From positions 6,324,001-6,388,000 of the forward strand of contig NC_135262.1 in assembly GCF_964204865.1 (NCBI RefSeq): a stretch of 64,000 nucleotides of DNA. Direction: 5' to 3'. This document shows positions 25,270 to 39,216 of this stretch, piece by piece. This stretch comes from Styela clava (lineage: Eukaryota). A model generated the notes under the pieces. That model worked only from the letters and a program-made list of their open reading frames with translations. It did no database searches and was not told the DNA's origin. How positions within the stretch are numbered: the stretch's first letter is position 1; every line of letters starts with the position of its first letter. Position numbers and translations under genes: made by a program.

Positions 25270-27085
25270 TAAATGCTCGAATGAATGATTATTTTTTAGC
25301 GTAATTAGATATTTATTGTTGTTTTTCCCCTTAGTCGGTTGATGTTGTGGCCGGTCTTTTTGAATAATCAAATATTATGAAATTTTCTTTAACCTGTACA
25401 TGGCAATAGAATGATAATTTATAATTTGAATGCAATGCATTTGTAAAAAAAAAAAAATTCTCCCATGTTGGTACATTTCCCTAGTCGATTTCTGCTACTA
25501 CCGTAGTATGAGTATATGTTGAGGGTTAGGTCATAATTTTATTACGATTTACCTTATTTTAGTTTTGTTACGAGTTCGGGGGCTATCTGTGTTACCTTCT
25601 GTCCATAGGTTTCAGTCTCTCTACATAACTTGATGTATAAAGAAGGCGAACAAAATAGTTACCTCCATATTGGTACACACGCTTTTGGAGCGCCGTATTA
25701 TTTAAAACAATATCTGAATTAGCAGCAATAATTAGTCTAAAACGACAAATTGTTTCAATAAATACCCTTTCCAAGTCGATAACGTATTTGAGATGTCCTG
25801 GTAAAATGATGCGGCAGATGAATTACAAATCAGTTTTCAGCTTGCCATACGAACAGTGGATCTTTCTCGTCTCCTGTGAAACATTTAAGAGTTTACTTAT
25901 TGAACACGTTTAGTGGACATAACGATCGTTTCAAAATTTTGTTGTTATCGTTATTTGTCTCCATCATTTTTAGAAAATCGTTTTTCTCTTCGAATCCTGG
26001 ACCAATTGCTTTGAAATTTCCAGTGGTTAAAGATAAAATTGTTCCCCAGAAGGCTATTACTTTTTTTTCGCTATGACGTCATCAAAATTATTGCCATTGG
26101 GTGGCGCTACGTGTCCATATATTTGAGCATAGCTTTCTTGTTACTGTTATAATTAATGAGTTTATTTGGCCCTGAGATGTAAAAAACATGGGAACACTAA
26201 GAATAATATTGCGAAATTATAAGTTCTGTTGGCCTAGAATAAAAAAAAAATGATAACACTGCATATGACATCCGGAAATTTAAATTTGCTTTTCAGGGTC
26301 AAAATATAATCTGACAACATCTGTGCCCTGCCTAGCAAGACTAGAAAACGCACGAACAAGGCAGGTTATGAACTTTAGCGACTCAATAGTTGGATATTTT
26401 TAAAATCCTCGTTCCGAGAAATAGCCTAGAAGCACCAAATTAAAAATATTGTTCTCACGTTTTAGTAACTTTATCGTCTTGAATGAACGATTATTTGACG
26501 CAGGTGAAATTATTTATTGTTGTATCTCATCTCATTTGGTTGATGTCTGTGGCCGGTCTTCTTAAAAACACTCGAATATTATGAAATTTTCTTGAACCTG
26601 TAAATGTCAATAGAATGATAATTTTATTCTTGGTATTTGAATGCAATGCTTCAATAAAAAAATATTCTACTCCGATGTTGGTGCAATTTTCTAATCGATT
26701 TCTTCTACTCCTGTAGTATGTGTACCAGGTTAGGGTCAGGTTATAATTTTATTCCAATTTTCTTTTCAATTACAATTTCAGTTATTTACGAGTTCGGGGA
26801 CTGTCTGTGTTAGGCAGGTGCCCATAGGTTCTCTTTAAACAACTTGATGTTGAGTAGGCGAACAAAATTAGTTACCTCCATGTTGATACACATATATACT
26901 TCTGGCGCGCGAATTTTTTCCCAAACAATATCAGCATGAGCAGAAGTCGATGACGTATTTGAAATCTTCGGAACATCCAGTCAGTCAGTCCATGATGACG
27001 TAAACATGCGCGGCAGGAATTGCAAATCAATTTTCAAAATCGCCATATCAAACTGTGATTTTTTTCGTGTTCTGTAAATCATTTA
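25270..27085. repeat. Old direct duplication of about 600 bp (25270-25890 vs 26470-27085)
   Basis: Collinear shared blocks, e.g. GGTTGATGT..GTGGCCGGTCTT, AATATTATGAAATTTTCTT.AACCTGTA, and the same embedded MITE in both copies. Confidence 0.8.
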
Positions 27086-28535
27086 ACAAGTTTGTTACTA
27101 CTGAGTTATCAATCATTTATTATTCATTTACTTTGCTCGCGGCGCCAAAGATGCCATTAAATTTTTGGTACTTCTGAAGTATGTGAAGCAAGATGGCGGC
27201 ACCGGAACGTAGCATGTAATCCAGGTTAGGGTATAGTGATTAGTTACCACTACACATAGATTGTTTGTAGATTGGTCTGGTTTATGTATTATAACCCCAG
27301 CATTGACTGACAATAGTTTTGTCTTGCGTTCGTTAACTCGAACTGTCTATCTGTCGATAGCCTTCGGCTGTAGTAAGGAGACGTTTGAAAACACCTTATG
27401 AGTTTATTGCAATTCCGACAATATATACAGAAATACAATGTACACACAATTTGATCAAATCTAGTCTGATTAACACAAAACACATTGCTGAATATATAGC
27501 TTTCTACCAAGCAATTAAAATAGAATAAAGAAACAGATTTTTACATTAACGATTAAAGAATCACGCGTCATTCCGGTTTCTGGTTAGCTTTCGGTTCACT
27601 ATAATCAAACATTATTAAAAGTGTTTTCTTGAAGTTCATTACTAGCAATTAATTTGTTATTGCCAAGTCACCGTGTTCCTGGTCACGTACTTACTCCAAT
27701 TATGAGATGTAAAAAGTTGTTCTCAAGTGGATAATTTGGTTTTAACAAGATATTTCGAATTTACGTTATTAGAATATTACTGGAAATAAATTTTATTTTT
27801 ACATGGGATGGCACCGAAAGGCTATTAAATCTTGAAATTGGATTTTGAGAAATTGATAATTGCTATAACGGGAATAATTAATTTTCGTTTTCATGAGTTT
27901 CTCACGAATTGGGCCAATTTGGTGTAGTTTTGTAGTTACATAACAACTAATTGGCTACAAGGGTTCGCCTATTATTTTGTTCCAATTTCCTTAAAAAACG
28001 CGCACGCTTAAAACTCAACTCTGGAAGGCTCTTATGTACTTGATTTTATTACTCTGAAGACTATTCTTCTTGCATAACTTTAGGTCATATTCAATACTGA
28101 CCTATCACAGCCCTGTAAACAAAACAAAAACGTAGCATCTTGACATCTTGATGACACGCGAACGGCAAGTATACTAACACGACTCAGGTCGAGGCAGCGT
28201 TGATTATCGAGTTGATTACTATCCCGCGTTTTGTAAAATTTCGGTTCCACCAATCAACGCCCAATTCTGCTTTTTCTGATGACTTTTACCCCGTGCGTTT
28301 TTTTAGAATATTAGGCTTAACCAATTAACGATCGTTCCTACTTTGTCTGGTGACTATTACCACGCCCTTTTTCTAGAATATTCAGTTTACCAATCAAGCC
28401 TCGTTCCCACTTATTTTGATGACTTTTACTCCGCGTTACAATCCGCGCATTTACGAGAACAGCGGTTATCAAACGACGGGCGTGAAGCTAATTAAAAATA
28501 AAAAAAAGGTTGGATTTGATCTTTTCTTTTCATTT

Positions 28536-28744
28536 CGGTGCTCCGGAGGTGTGTGTACCAATATGAGCTAATTTTATTCGCCTACCTTACATAAAGTTGT
28601 GTAAAGGGACAGAAACCTATGAGCAAGAGTATATTCACTTGGCTAACACAGACAGTCCCCGAACTTAAATAGAGCTAAAGTGAGGGGAATCAGAACAAAA
28701 TTATTGCCTAATCCTAACCTGGTACACATACTGCGGTAATACCC
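28536..28744. mobile_element. Longer member of the 6-bp-TSD MITE family
   Basis: CGGTGCTCC start and CCTAACCTGGTACACATACT end; flanks TCATTT/ACATTT. Confidence 0.65.
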
Positions 28745-31269
28745 ACATTTCTTTAATTTGGATATTTACGTTCCACCCACGTATTCTAACGTGTTTGTTG
28801 AATAAAACATAGCCTACTTTCGTTTAACTATATATCTGTTATTTGTAGCTTTTTGTTAATTGGTTATTTCTGAGGTTGAGCGCGAGACTTGACAAATTCC
28901 TGAAAAGGGCGCGGCCAAAAAAGTTTGAGGACCACCGTTCTAGAATATTCGGCCTTACCAATCAACGTTCAGTCCTACCAATCAACGTAAAATTTGTGAG
29001 AGCAAGAGTGACAAATCCGTGTTTGAGAATGGGCAAAAATTAACGTCTCCAAAATTACGATCCGGAATGAAATCCTTAGAAATAGATCGTGAGCAAAAAT
29101 TCGCTTCCCGCCACAATAGTGGTTGCCACATTACTCAATGACGTCATGTTCCCGTAGCGAATGAAACAAACTATGAGGATAACTATGTGTGCGAGGGAAT
29201 TGCTGCACTCCTCGCCGCCGTAGGATGTTTCACGTAACTGCAATGCCCGTATGTTAGGACGTGACCTAAGATATCAATTACTCTGAAAATACAATGCTCA
29301 AATACACGGAGTAGTATCAATTTTTTTGCAATACTGGTACATTATCTACCAGATCACCAAGATGTGATCACGGAACCGTGGCATGGTGGGCAATTTTTAA
29401 TTTTGATGACGTCATCACACAAGACTTCGAAGTGAAAAACGAATCCCATAAAGCCCAAAATATTTTTTTTGAAATAAATAAATAAATGTTATAGCGATCA
29501 ATAGGTCCTCTTGGTGTCCAATAAAATTTTCTGGCTTTCCAGTCAGCTAGAGTAAACTGCTAAGCATAACCGTTTCACCCTTGGCCCAGGAAAAATTCTT
29601 TCGAATGATTTGGGCTAGAAAGTAATCAATAAGAAGCAATATACTCCTTGTAATACAAAACTTTTCGAGTGCTTCATGTACTTCGTGGTATACTGAGCAT
29701 TTATCAAAATACAGCACAACAGATAAACAGAACTCTAGGCACAAACTATGGTATATATATTGTGTATCACCGAAACAAAATTTCTGGCAGGTTTTCAAAA
29801 AGTATATTGCAATATGAGAAACAAAAAATTAAGACGACAAATTTAAATTTATTTATTTGCAATTTTGCAAATTATCAAGTTTTGAAGAAGCAATAATGAT
29901 GAATATCCTGTTGAAGGCTGGCTACATCTTAAACTCATTTAGCCGAGCTTTTCAAAGATTATGTTCCTAAATGCATTTTGTTCGACAAACAGAAAAAAGA
30001 ATTCAAATTATCAAAAACATAATGAAGCAAATTCAAAGTAAAGGATCTATCTTTTTTCATTTGGATAATTTTATTTTATAAACAAACAAATAAGCTTCAT
30101 TTTTCATAGAAATTCATAGAAGACATAGTTATTATTAAAGCAAGCAGCAAATGAAAGAAAATTATTGTGTATTCCAACCATTATTTCATTGCCAAATGGG
30201 ACCAGAAACCTGATTTGAAATACTTCGATCCATTATTGAAATATCGTAGCTTCTTGATTCATATACAGCGCATGGTAGCTTGCATTTAAGTCATTCAGGC
30301 CTCTAGTTTGTCGCCGTCGAAGGCTAACAGCTTTAGTCTGATCAAATGGGGAAATCGAAGTTACTGCAAAGCATATGATTTGAATCGAAGTTACTGCAAA
30401 GTATATGATTTCCCGAAATCATTGGAACCTAAAAAGAGGAAAACCTTCTCTTTATATATTAAGCAAACGATCGTACGTCCTTTGAAGCCGCGACTTATTC
30501 GCATGCAAAATCGATCTGCTTTGTCGACTTTCTTCCAAGTGACAGCAGTGAAACGCTGGCGATAATTTAACACTCGTCAGTGAATGTGCTGCGCACGTGA
30601 CCAAATTGGTGTTTACAAATCACTAAAAACACGAGCAACCGTACAGTGTGATATGACAGGCGAGGTAGGAGAGGGACAGCGACGGATTTGATAGACCGTT
30701 TGACCGAATAGGATATAAACAAACTATTACAGAAAAGCTTCAAAGTTTTAGGCAGATTTAGCGATTACTATGAATGGTGGTTAATATTATAAATCAGATG
30801 TTCGGCGATCGCTGTATTCATTGCTTAGTAGATTCTTCGTTTCTCGGTTAAGCTTCAAACATTTCGATTACTAGACATTAAAACGCAACATAAATCTCGA
30901 AAGGTCAAAGTATAATCGCATCGTTAGCACAAAGAAAGTAACAATTTTCTTCGAGAAAGCAATCGATACGGTTGGATGTTATGTAATAAAACTACCCTTT
31001 GCCGATAGAATTGGGCATGATATCATATGTCTTTTCCTACTCTACTAAAATTATATTTTTTTTTCGTAAAAATGGCCTTTATTACAGCTATGTATGCCCC
31101 CTGGGCTACAATTACCAATTCGGAATAGTTTGTTTCAACGTACAGTATGTATATGAGGCGATAAAATTTGAATGTAGTATTTAATAATGCAAAAAAATAG
31201 CAAAATTAAAGTAAATTTTGCTTTGTACTCTTGTTGAATATATATCTTCTAGGTTTTTTTGTGGTCAAA

Positions 31270-32094
31270 ATGATTCTAATCTTAGTTTTTACTACGATAT
31301 GCGTGGGGATTGCCCTGCTTTACGCCATTTACCCACCATTTCGATATGAAGCTCGAATGACAACTTTTTATGTATATCTACTCTGCACCAGCATCGTCGG
31401 GCTTCCCGTGTTCATTTACAATGGTAGATGTACCAAGAATTTGAAGTTGATTTCCAGAATGATGGTCCCGATTCGCAAAGCTTTGGGTTTGACCAGTGAG
31501 CTAAGAAAACTGGAAAACATGATTGAAGACGAACCGTGCATTATTGTAAGTAACCACCAAAGTTCTATCGATGTTTTGGGAATGGCTGAATTATATCCAC
31601 CGGATTCGTCGTTTATGGGGAAACATACATTGTTATACGCAGGGCCTATTGGGCTAGCCCTTTGGTTATGCGGGGGAGTATTTGTAAAAAGATCTAACCA
31701 CAAATCTTCTCAAGACGTCGTAGAACATGTGGCTAACGAAGTATTGCGACGAAAACTTAAACTATGGATATTTCCTGAGGGTACACGATCTCACAAAAAA
31801 GGAATGTTACCATTCAAAAAAGGTGCATTTAATATAGCAGTCAGTGCTCAAATTCCGATTGTGCCAGTCGTCTTCAAATCATATGAGGATTTTTACAACA
31901 AGAAGGAACGCAAGTTCATTCTAGGAAAATATGTGGCTGAGGTTCTTCCGCATGTGAAAACTGAGGGGATGACCTTGGACGATGTCCCAGAACTTAGTGA
32001 TAAAATACGAGAACAAATGCTATCCGCTTTTTACCGTCTTTCTGATGGCGAAAAGAATAAAAACAACAATAATGCAAGTAAAATTATACAGTAA
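31270..32094 (+). CDS. 1-acyl-sn-glycerol-3-phosphate acyltransferase (AGPAT1/2-like, PlsC family), intronless CDS, 274 aa
   Basis: Motifs NHQSSID, GVFVKR, FPEGTRS, PFKKGAF, IVPV. The likely ATG is 31270, after acceptor TTCTAG at 31252; the ORF-track TTG start is intronic. Possible non-coding exon donor GAG|GTAGGA at 30664. Confidence 0.95.
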   Translation: MILILVFTTICVGIALLYAIYPPFRYEARMTTFYVYLLCTSIVGLPVFIYNGRCTKNLKLISRMMVPIRKALGLTSELRKLENMIEDEPCIIVSNHQSSIDVLGMAELYPPDSSFMGKHTLLYAGPIGLALWLCGGVFVKRSNHKSSQDVVEHVANEVLRRKLKLWIFPEGTRSHKKGMLPFKKGAFNIAVSAQIPIVPVVFKSYEDFYNKKERKFILGKYVAEVLPHVKTEGMTLDDVPELSDKIREQMLSAFYRLSDGEKNKNNNNASKIIQ

Positions 32095-33675
32095 TTTGAA
32101 CATTTTTGTTTGATCATAATATGCAAATAACCACACAAGCTTTTCTTTTACCTGCATAACATTATGTGATTTTGCTATTGCTTATGAATCATATAAAAAT
32201 TGGCTCAATTGTAACTGCTGCAGATTTGGCGCACAACCTGAACATAGTATGTGTACCAGGTTAGGGTTCAGGTTGTGCGCCATCTTGGTGCACATACTTT
32301 GGGATCGCCGATTCATGTATATATATTTTTTGGTCGGACCAGTCTGTTTCAAGAAGCATAGTTAGGCTGCTTTTTCTTTATTTATATAGAATTTATGTTT
32401 CTTCATTTAATGACATGTTTGGTTATTGTTCGAATTTTAATAATGACTAATTCTCATTTCACTGCACGACTGACTTCGTTATTAGTCTGATCGACGTGTG
32501 ACATCTGTTGAGTCGGAATTTCTCGTCACCCTGGACTAGAGCATAGTACTGGTAGCCCAGTTTGGAACGGCTTATTTTCGTTACGGTATTGCAGGGGCGA
32601 CGAAACCAGTGGGATTTGTTCGACAATGCAGGTTCCAGGTTGAAACACTTCCGTGTTCTGATTGTGGTATAATAATAAAAGATGAGCTGGTGGTAGCTAT
32701 ATTGAGCCCTGCCCAAAGAGTATTTTAATGGCATCAAACAGTTTATCCCGGTACATAATAAAACTGAGAACATACCTTAACTTTAAGGTTAAATGGAAAA
32801 ACATGACTACCCAATACCAACCATTCGTGCAGCAGATGTAGCAATATGTTTATAGGACTTCAAATTTATGAAAATTGATCACAAATCGATGAGCGTACCG
32901 TAGCGCCCGACAATTTAAGTTATTGTGTCAATATCGTGCTGCTCACAGCAGAAAGAAATGCGTGATTATTTAGTCAAGTTGGCATTGGTACAATTTTTTA
33001 TGTCATGTCATACTTTTCTTTTTGTTAACTGATAGGTTAGTTACGAGTAATAAATCCTTCAATACGTTTGGTAGCCGAATATTCAATTATTGATTGGTCT
33101 GGTACTGCTGTAATAGGTGCATTTCACAGAAATATATTCTCTGGCAAAATTGGCTCATCACGAGCGCTGTTTCTGCTGTGATCGCGGCAGTCATGTAGGA
33201 CTTTGCCCCCACTCGCTTTGCGATTTGCTTGATTGGTTATGATTGCGAAACTATATATTTGATTGAGGGTATCGACAGAGTTTCTCAATACATTTCGCGT
33301 TGTGGGATGATGCCCGTTCGTTTGCACGACCGATATTTAAGTTTGCTGGTATTATTTACTGAGTAAGTAACCCTGTAGTGAATCTTTTCCACGGTCGGTT
33401 GAATTCCTGGCGGATTCGTTACACTGTCCTGGCCAGTTCTTCAACAATCGCACTACTTTGCGTTGATAAAACTCGGTCGTGATAGCCCTAGTACTGAAAT
33501 AGTAGCTCAGTCTGTGTTGAGCATTAGCGCGTTTTACTTTCGCATCGCACGTATTCTGGCGTTTCCGTTGACAGGAAGCACCGGCTTTACTATATATCTA
33601 TCATTCGGTAGAAATTGACTAGCCTAGGCAGCAAGTTATACTGCAACTATAGGATCGATCAGCTGATGACTCAAA

Positions 33676-36600
33676 ATGGATATATTGCTGAAAACTATAA
33701 TTTTATCGTACCTGGGATGTGTGCTGAAATATTCATTTGCGGCAAACTTAGGTGAGTCTAAGCGCAATATTATAGCCATGTGTAAGCTTCTTTTTCTTAA
33801 GTATAATCGACCACGTTAGTCGCAATTCAATACGGCTTCAAGTTTACGCTGTTAATCGATTTGGCACTATTTAGTCACCGCCATTGACGAATTCTGTACA
33901 GCAATACTAAAACAGGTGACACTGACAATCCTCCTGTTGGGCAAAAAAGTAACTGTTTGGATTCAACAATTTTCAACGAAATACTTGTGATCATAAGGTA
34001 TATAATGAATACCTGTTGAATTATGGATTAGGCGTATGAGTCAGCGAGAAAATATTGCTATTTGCCTATTTCTCACTGGTTTCGTATATATCTCTAGATC
34101 CCATTGTGCAGACGCAATATGGAAAAGTTAAAGGAACGCTCAGAAATGCCATTGGATCCTCAAGGCCCGTTTATTCATATTTTGGAGTTCAATACGGCCG
34201 ATCGCCGGACTATGTTTTTAGGTTCCGGCCGGCCGAAGACCCGTGGACATGGGATGGCGTACGTGACGCTACGAATGAGAACAGACCCATGTGTGTTCAG
34301 GTACAAGTTACATCACAAATGCTCATAAATAACGGTAGCAGAATACATCAAATACTCTTGCTAAACATGTAAACTATGACATAATACACAAAAATATTGT
34401 TTGTTTTAATGGTTTGGGATTTCCCAGATCCATATGTCCTCAGTAATTAGTCAAAATTAAATGTTAATGAGTAGTAACTATGAATCATTGTTAAACTCTG
34501 CTTTATTCCCGTGTCATATATGACGCTTCATTTCAATGTTACCTTGAGTATAAATTTTATATTTGTTGTTTGAGTCTTTTCTAAGCAATGGTATACAATA
34601 TTATATTATATAGATTAATAATAACGAATATCACACCGTTTGTTAACAGGACAGAGTTCGTTTGAACGGCTTACGGAAAGACACGTACCTGAAGTACCTT
34701 TTGCCGGACAACCCGCTCATGAGCGAGAATTGTTTAGTATTGGATATCTTTACTCCACGATCACCCAACGACACAAAAAGAGATAATTTACTACCTGTAA
34801 GCTAATGTAGATATATTCCATTTACGTCGATATTCTTACACTTGAAATTCTATTGAATATTCTTAAATGCTTACTTACATCGATTTAATGCTAGACACTT
34901 TGTCACAGATAAGCCTACTCAATAGGATTATTATTCCAAGATTAAGAGCTTATATTCTAAATCAAAGGTTTCATTAACTACAGTTGAACGATAGCAGTTA
35001 GGCATTCGACAATAAATCATTATAAAATTCTTTCATAGATACTCAAGTCTATTTTTTCCTACGTGTAGGTTGTTTTATGGATTCATGGTGGGTCAATGGA
35101 CGCATTCTTTTCCACAACGAAGTTATGGGGCCTACCTGCGTTTGAAGATGTCGTCTTAGTTCAAATTCAATATCGATTAGGTGTTTTCGGATTTTTAACA
35201 ACGGAAGACAAGTGGGCGCCTCCTAACAATGCTTTTCATGATCATTTGAAAGCAATGAAATGGGTTCAGTAAGTATCATTTATCAGACGATTTGAAACAA
35301 AGAAAGTCATCAAATCCTCGGTATAGTCCGGTGTTATTGTTCATTAATTGTCTAGAATCGATGTCGTCTTGACTAAACGGATATTTACGTGAAAATTTGT
35401 CGAATGCTAATGTATATTTCATTCCCATTGGGGTATTCCAAAACAGTCATAAATCTAGTGGCATAACATAACCACAGTAGAAAAAACATATTACACTCTG
35501 TTCCTATTATAGGAAAAATATTGAGGCATTTGGTGGAAATCCAAATCTAGTCACGCTGATGGGCGAGTCAGCTGGAGCTGTTGCTGCAACAGCACATACT
35601 CTCATTCCGGAAAGCAAAGGATTGTTTCATCGTGTTTTCGCTACAAGTGGTGCTCCTAATTCCATGGTTTGGCCAAAAACATACGGAGATGCAATTGAGA
35701 GGTATTGCACTTTTTATAAAATTTAAATACTAACGGATTAAAAACCACCTCAAGTGTACGAATATGAGGTGTACGGCATGCATAATGGTGTTATTAAACG
35801 ATGCCTCAGGTATGTCGTGTACCACTTTCATTTTTTAAAACACCTGGCCCACTCTCATGAATTAGAAATGATATATATTCTGTGGGGCAAATAGTTAAAG
35901 TAGGTTGTCATGCCATGTTCGGGTTGAGTATAGGTATAAAAAAAAATCAGAAGATTAGAGTATTCATCTGAAGTCGGATCCATACAAAGACATTTTTGGA
36001 AACCTGTGATTTAATAATGGTCTAATAAGTTTCGGTTCAACAAACACATAAAAGAGAAAAAGCTTTTGAATAGATCGAGACCCGTGTAAATAATATACTA
36101 TCAATGATAAAATAAGCAGTTTTTATAAATCTAAAATCTGTATTTGAAATATCTTTCTTAATAAGTATAAACTACAATTTTCCACAACTATCAGCTGTAT
36201 AAATGTGTGGAGGGTGAAGTCGATGAATTGGAAGTGATATTATGAATTCAAGAATTAAATTCATAAATGTTATGTTGAAGAGAACCGCGTACTTCTCTAC
36301 TTATTATTAAAATCGCTTAGAACTTATCTCTATTATTAAAAAGTACTTTGAAATTTACCAATTACCAAAATGATCAGTTACCGATTAATATTAATTAATT
36401 GCACAAAGTAATTGAAACACATTTTATCTAGGATGGCAAAGAACGTGAGCTGCAAATTTGACGACAACGCGTACACCAGTACTTGCCTGAGAAACAAAAT
36501 CTCAACTTCCAGAATTATGAAGTTAGTCAAAGATATGGACATTGTAAGTAAAACGGTATCACAACGGTCTTGTCCCAATGATGGATTAGAATTGATGAAC

Positions 36601-39216
36601 ATTTCAAGCCGTATGCACAATGTTAAATGTGGAGCCTTAGCATTAAGCGATACTGAAGAGTAAAACGTTTCCGTTCAACTTACCCTAACGTGTAATGTTA
36701 ACAAGATGAATACTCCCGAAAGCATCGTTGATAAAATTAAAGTTCCATTAAAATGAAGTGAAATTATGGCTGATGTCTGCTAACATTTTTAAACCTAACC
36801 ATCATGGGATCTCCTTTAAATGGGATCCATATGTATTCACTCATTTCCTAGTTACGTATTTTTACTTTAATTTAACCGATAATTTGGTACGTTTTAACTT
36901 TATGAGCCTATGATAATGTTACTTCAATTTTTCGTAAAAAAAAGGTCTGCTTATCGCTTATAAATGATAGAAGATTTAGTTTTTCACCACTGGCTTCAAC
37001 TATTTCAGAATTTCAAGATGCTAGAAGACCGAGATTTATTTCCAGTTCCGATAAACGAAGCCATCGAAACAAAAACTTTTGTGTCCTCTGTACCAGTGAT
37101 GATGGGTGTTATGAATGGAGAGCAAAACTACTTATTATCTCGGCGCGTATTTTCTAATATTTATTTAAAGGGTGAGACCATCTATGCAATGTTTTATTCA
37201 AGCTATTTTGTTTTAAGCACAGTATACTATATAGTATGTGTGTCTCAACTATGGCTCATTTGTTCATGGCGATTAATACGTACGTTTTCATTGTCAAGTT
37301 CCTTTAATTTGATTTTGATCATAGATAATTTAGAATTGAAGATATAGAAATACGATATGAATGATTGTCCACAAACCCCTTTGTTGAATTCAGAAAATTC
37401 GTTAATTTTTAATATTTGCTGTAACACAGGATTCATTTATGAAATTTCAGGGCCTGATCTAACAAGATCTGAAGCCGAAAGTGCTCTTCGAAATTTATTC
37501 CACGATCGTTATCAGAGTGGAAATGTTGATGCCATTTTAAAGGCTGTTACACTGGAATATCTCGATCCAAAGAAAGTCGGGAACAAGGGAATGAAACTTT
37601 ATAAAGGAACTATGGAAGCAATAGCGGATTGTTGGTTCGTTTCGAAATCTGCAAGGTTCGCAGAAAAAGTAAAAGGTACATCTTTTATAAACTTGAGGTG
37701 TTATTAAATTCAAAAGTGCCTTGTGCGCCATATTTAATATAAAAAATGCAACAAATGGAAGTAAAAAATATATGCATTGCAGTGAAAAAAATAAGCAAAT
37801 TGGAGACAATTTACTTTAAATTGGCATAGTCGTCGCGAATGGCATCAAGAGAAGGCCTCTGCCGAACAATTCATGACCATGTAGGGCAGTGGTTCCCAAA
37901 CCGCGCCTCACGGGCCAAATACGGCCCGCGTAACACTCTAATATAACCCGTCGAACTCATGTAAAATAGTGTAACGTTCTGGATACCGCTAATCGTTACA
38001 TCGTTATCACAGTTCAAGCACGTGTATAATCGTAACAATTCAATTATACTGGCATCTTGAGTATACGTACCGGTATCCGCTTCCTTCCGAAGCACCCTTC
38101 TCTTGGCCTGCGAATATCCTTCCGGTAATTTTGGCATCCGTTCAATCAACTTTGGAAACCGCTTTAGGGGGACCGAAGGTTTACGCAGTCCTTGCTTGAA
38201 ACTTACTGTAATACCTTATTTCCTGTAAATTAAATAGATTTTTTGTTGAAATTACAAACAACAATATACAATCGTTATTAATTTCAGAGTCGGGTCAAAG
38301 GGCATACTTCTTCGAATTTACCTTAAAACCAGCAATGTACGACGCCAGACCCAAAGATTTCCCGCGGTTGTTTAAGTTTGACACAGCAGATCATGCTGAC
38401 GATTTCCCCTACATGTTCGGACTGCCTTTCGTACGAGAATTGGCAGGTGGAGATAATCCTGCATTGTATTTTTCTGATATTGATAAGGAGATAAGCAAGA
38501 AGTTTATGCATTTAATTGCTCACTTTGCAAAAACTGGGTAAGTAGTATTACAGTAGAATTGATAAGAATTTATCAAACTGTTACTAGATGATTTTACGAT
38601 AATGTATCTCAAATAAACGCATGCCGAATGTGGCAGTCCGGTTCTGGGTAGGATGAAGTTATCGACTCGACACAAGTTAGACTCCTCGAGTCACCATTTG
38701 TCTGACTCGAGTGATCTAAATGTAATGACTGTCATCAATTAGACTTACTTCAGTTATCGACTCGATCCGTGACTCGCGACTGGGGACGTTTACACAACAC
38801 TGTAGTGGCACTGTCAATGATTCCGAAAATTCAAGTTTTAATTAACGATGGGTGAAACGTTATGAATGCTCACGACGTGCAGATTGATTTATGACAAAAT
38901 GTCCGTCAAAATTTTTACACAGTCGCTAAAATGGAGGCACAAAACAAGCAGCCACTCAAGGGGTTCATTTTGTTCCATTTAGATATTTATTTTTATTTAT
39001 CCTATTCAATCATTTGACACCTTTATGTTTCAGTGCGTTTAAGTTAATTTTCAATTTTTGCTTTTTTAACCCAGATCTCCGCCGGAAGAACTTGGCTGGC
39101 CGCAGTACCCAAGATACGCAGTAATAAACAAGGGCATCACTATCTCCAAGGATAATTTTCAAAGTAACAGAATGTATTTCTGGAACGAAGTTATACCCAA
39201 ACTAGCTTTTCCTTGA
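33676..39216 (+). CDS. Secreted type-B carboxylesterase; 10 exons
   Basis: Exons 33676-33751, 34098-34300, 34650-34796, 35069-35268, 35513-35701, 36432-36543, 37009-37171, 37451-37675, 38288-38537, 39075-39216 join in phase. Signal peptide MDILLKTIILSYLGCVLKYSFA; SENCL, WIHGG, YRLGVFGFL, GESAG (Ser), GVMNGE (Glu), ADHADD (His). Confidence 0.93.
37888..38164. mobile_element. hAT (Charlie-like) MITE in carboxylesterase intron 8
   Basis: CAGTGGTTCCCAAAC and ACTTTGGAAACCGCT termini. This element accounts for ORF 37871-38149. Confidence 0.7.
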
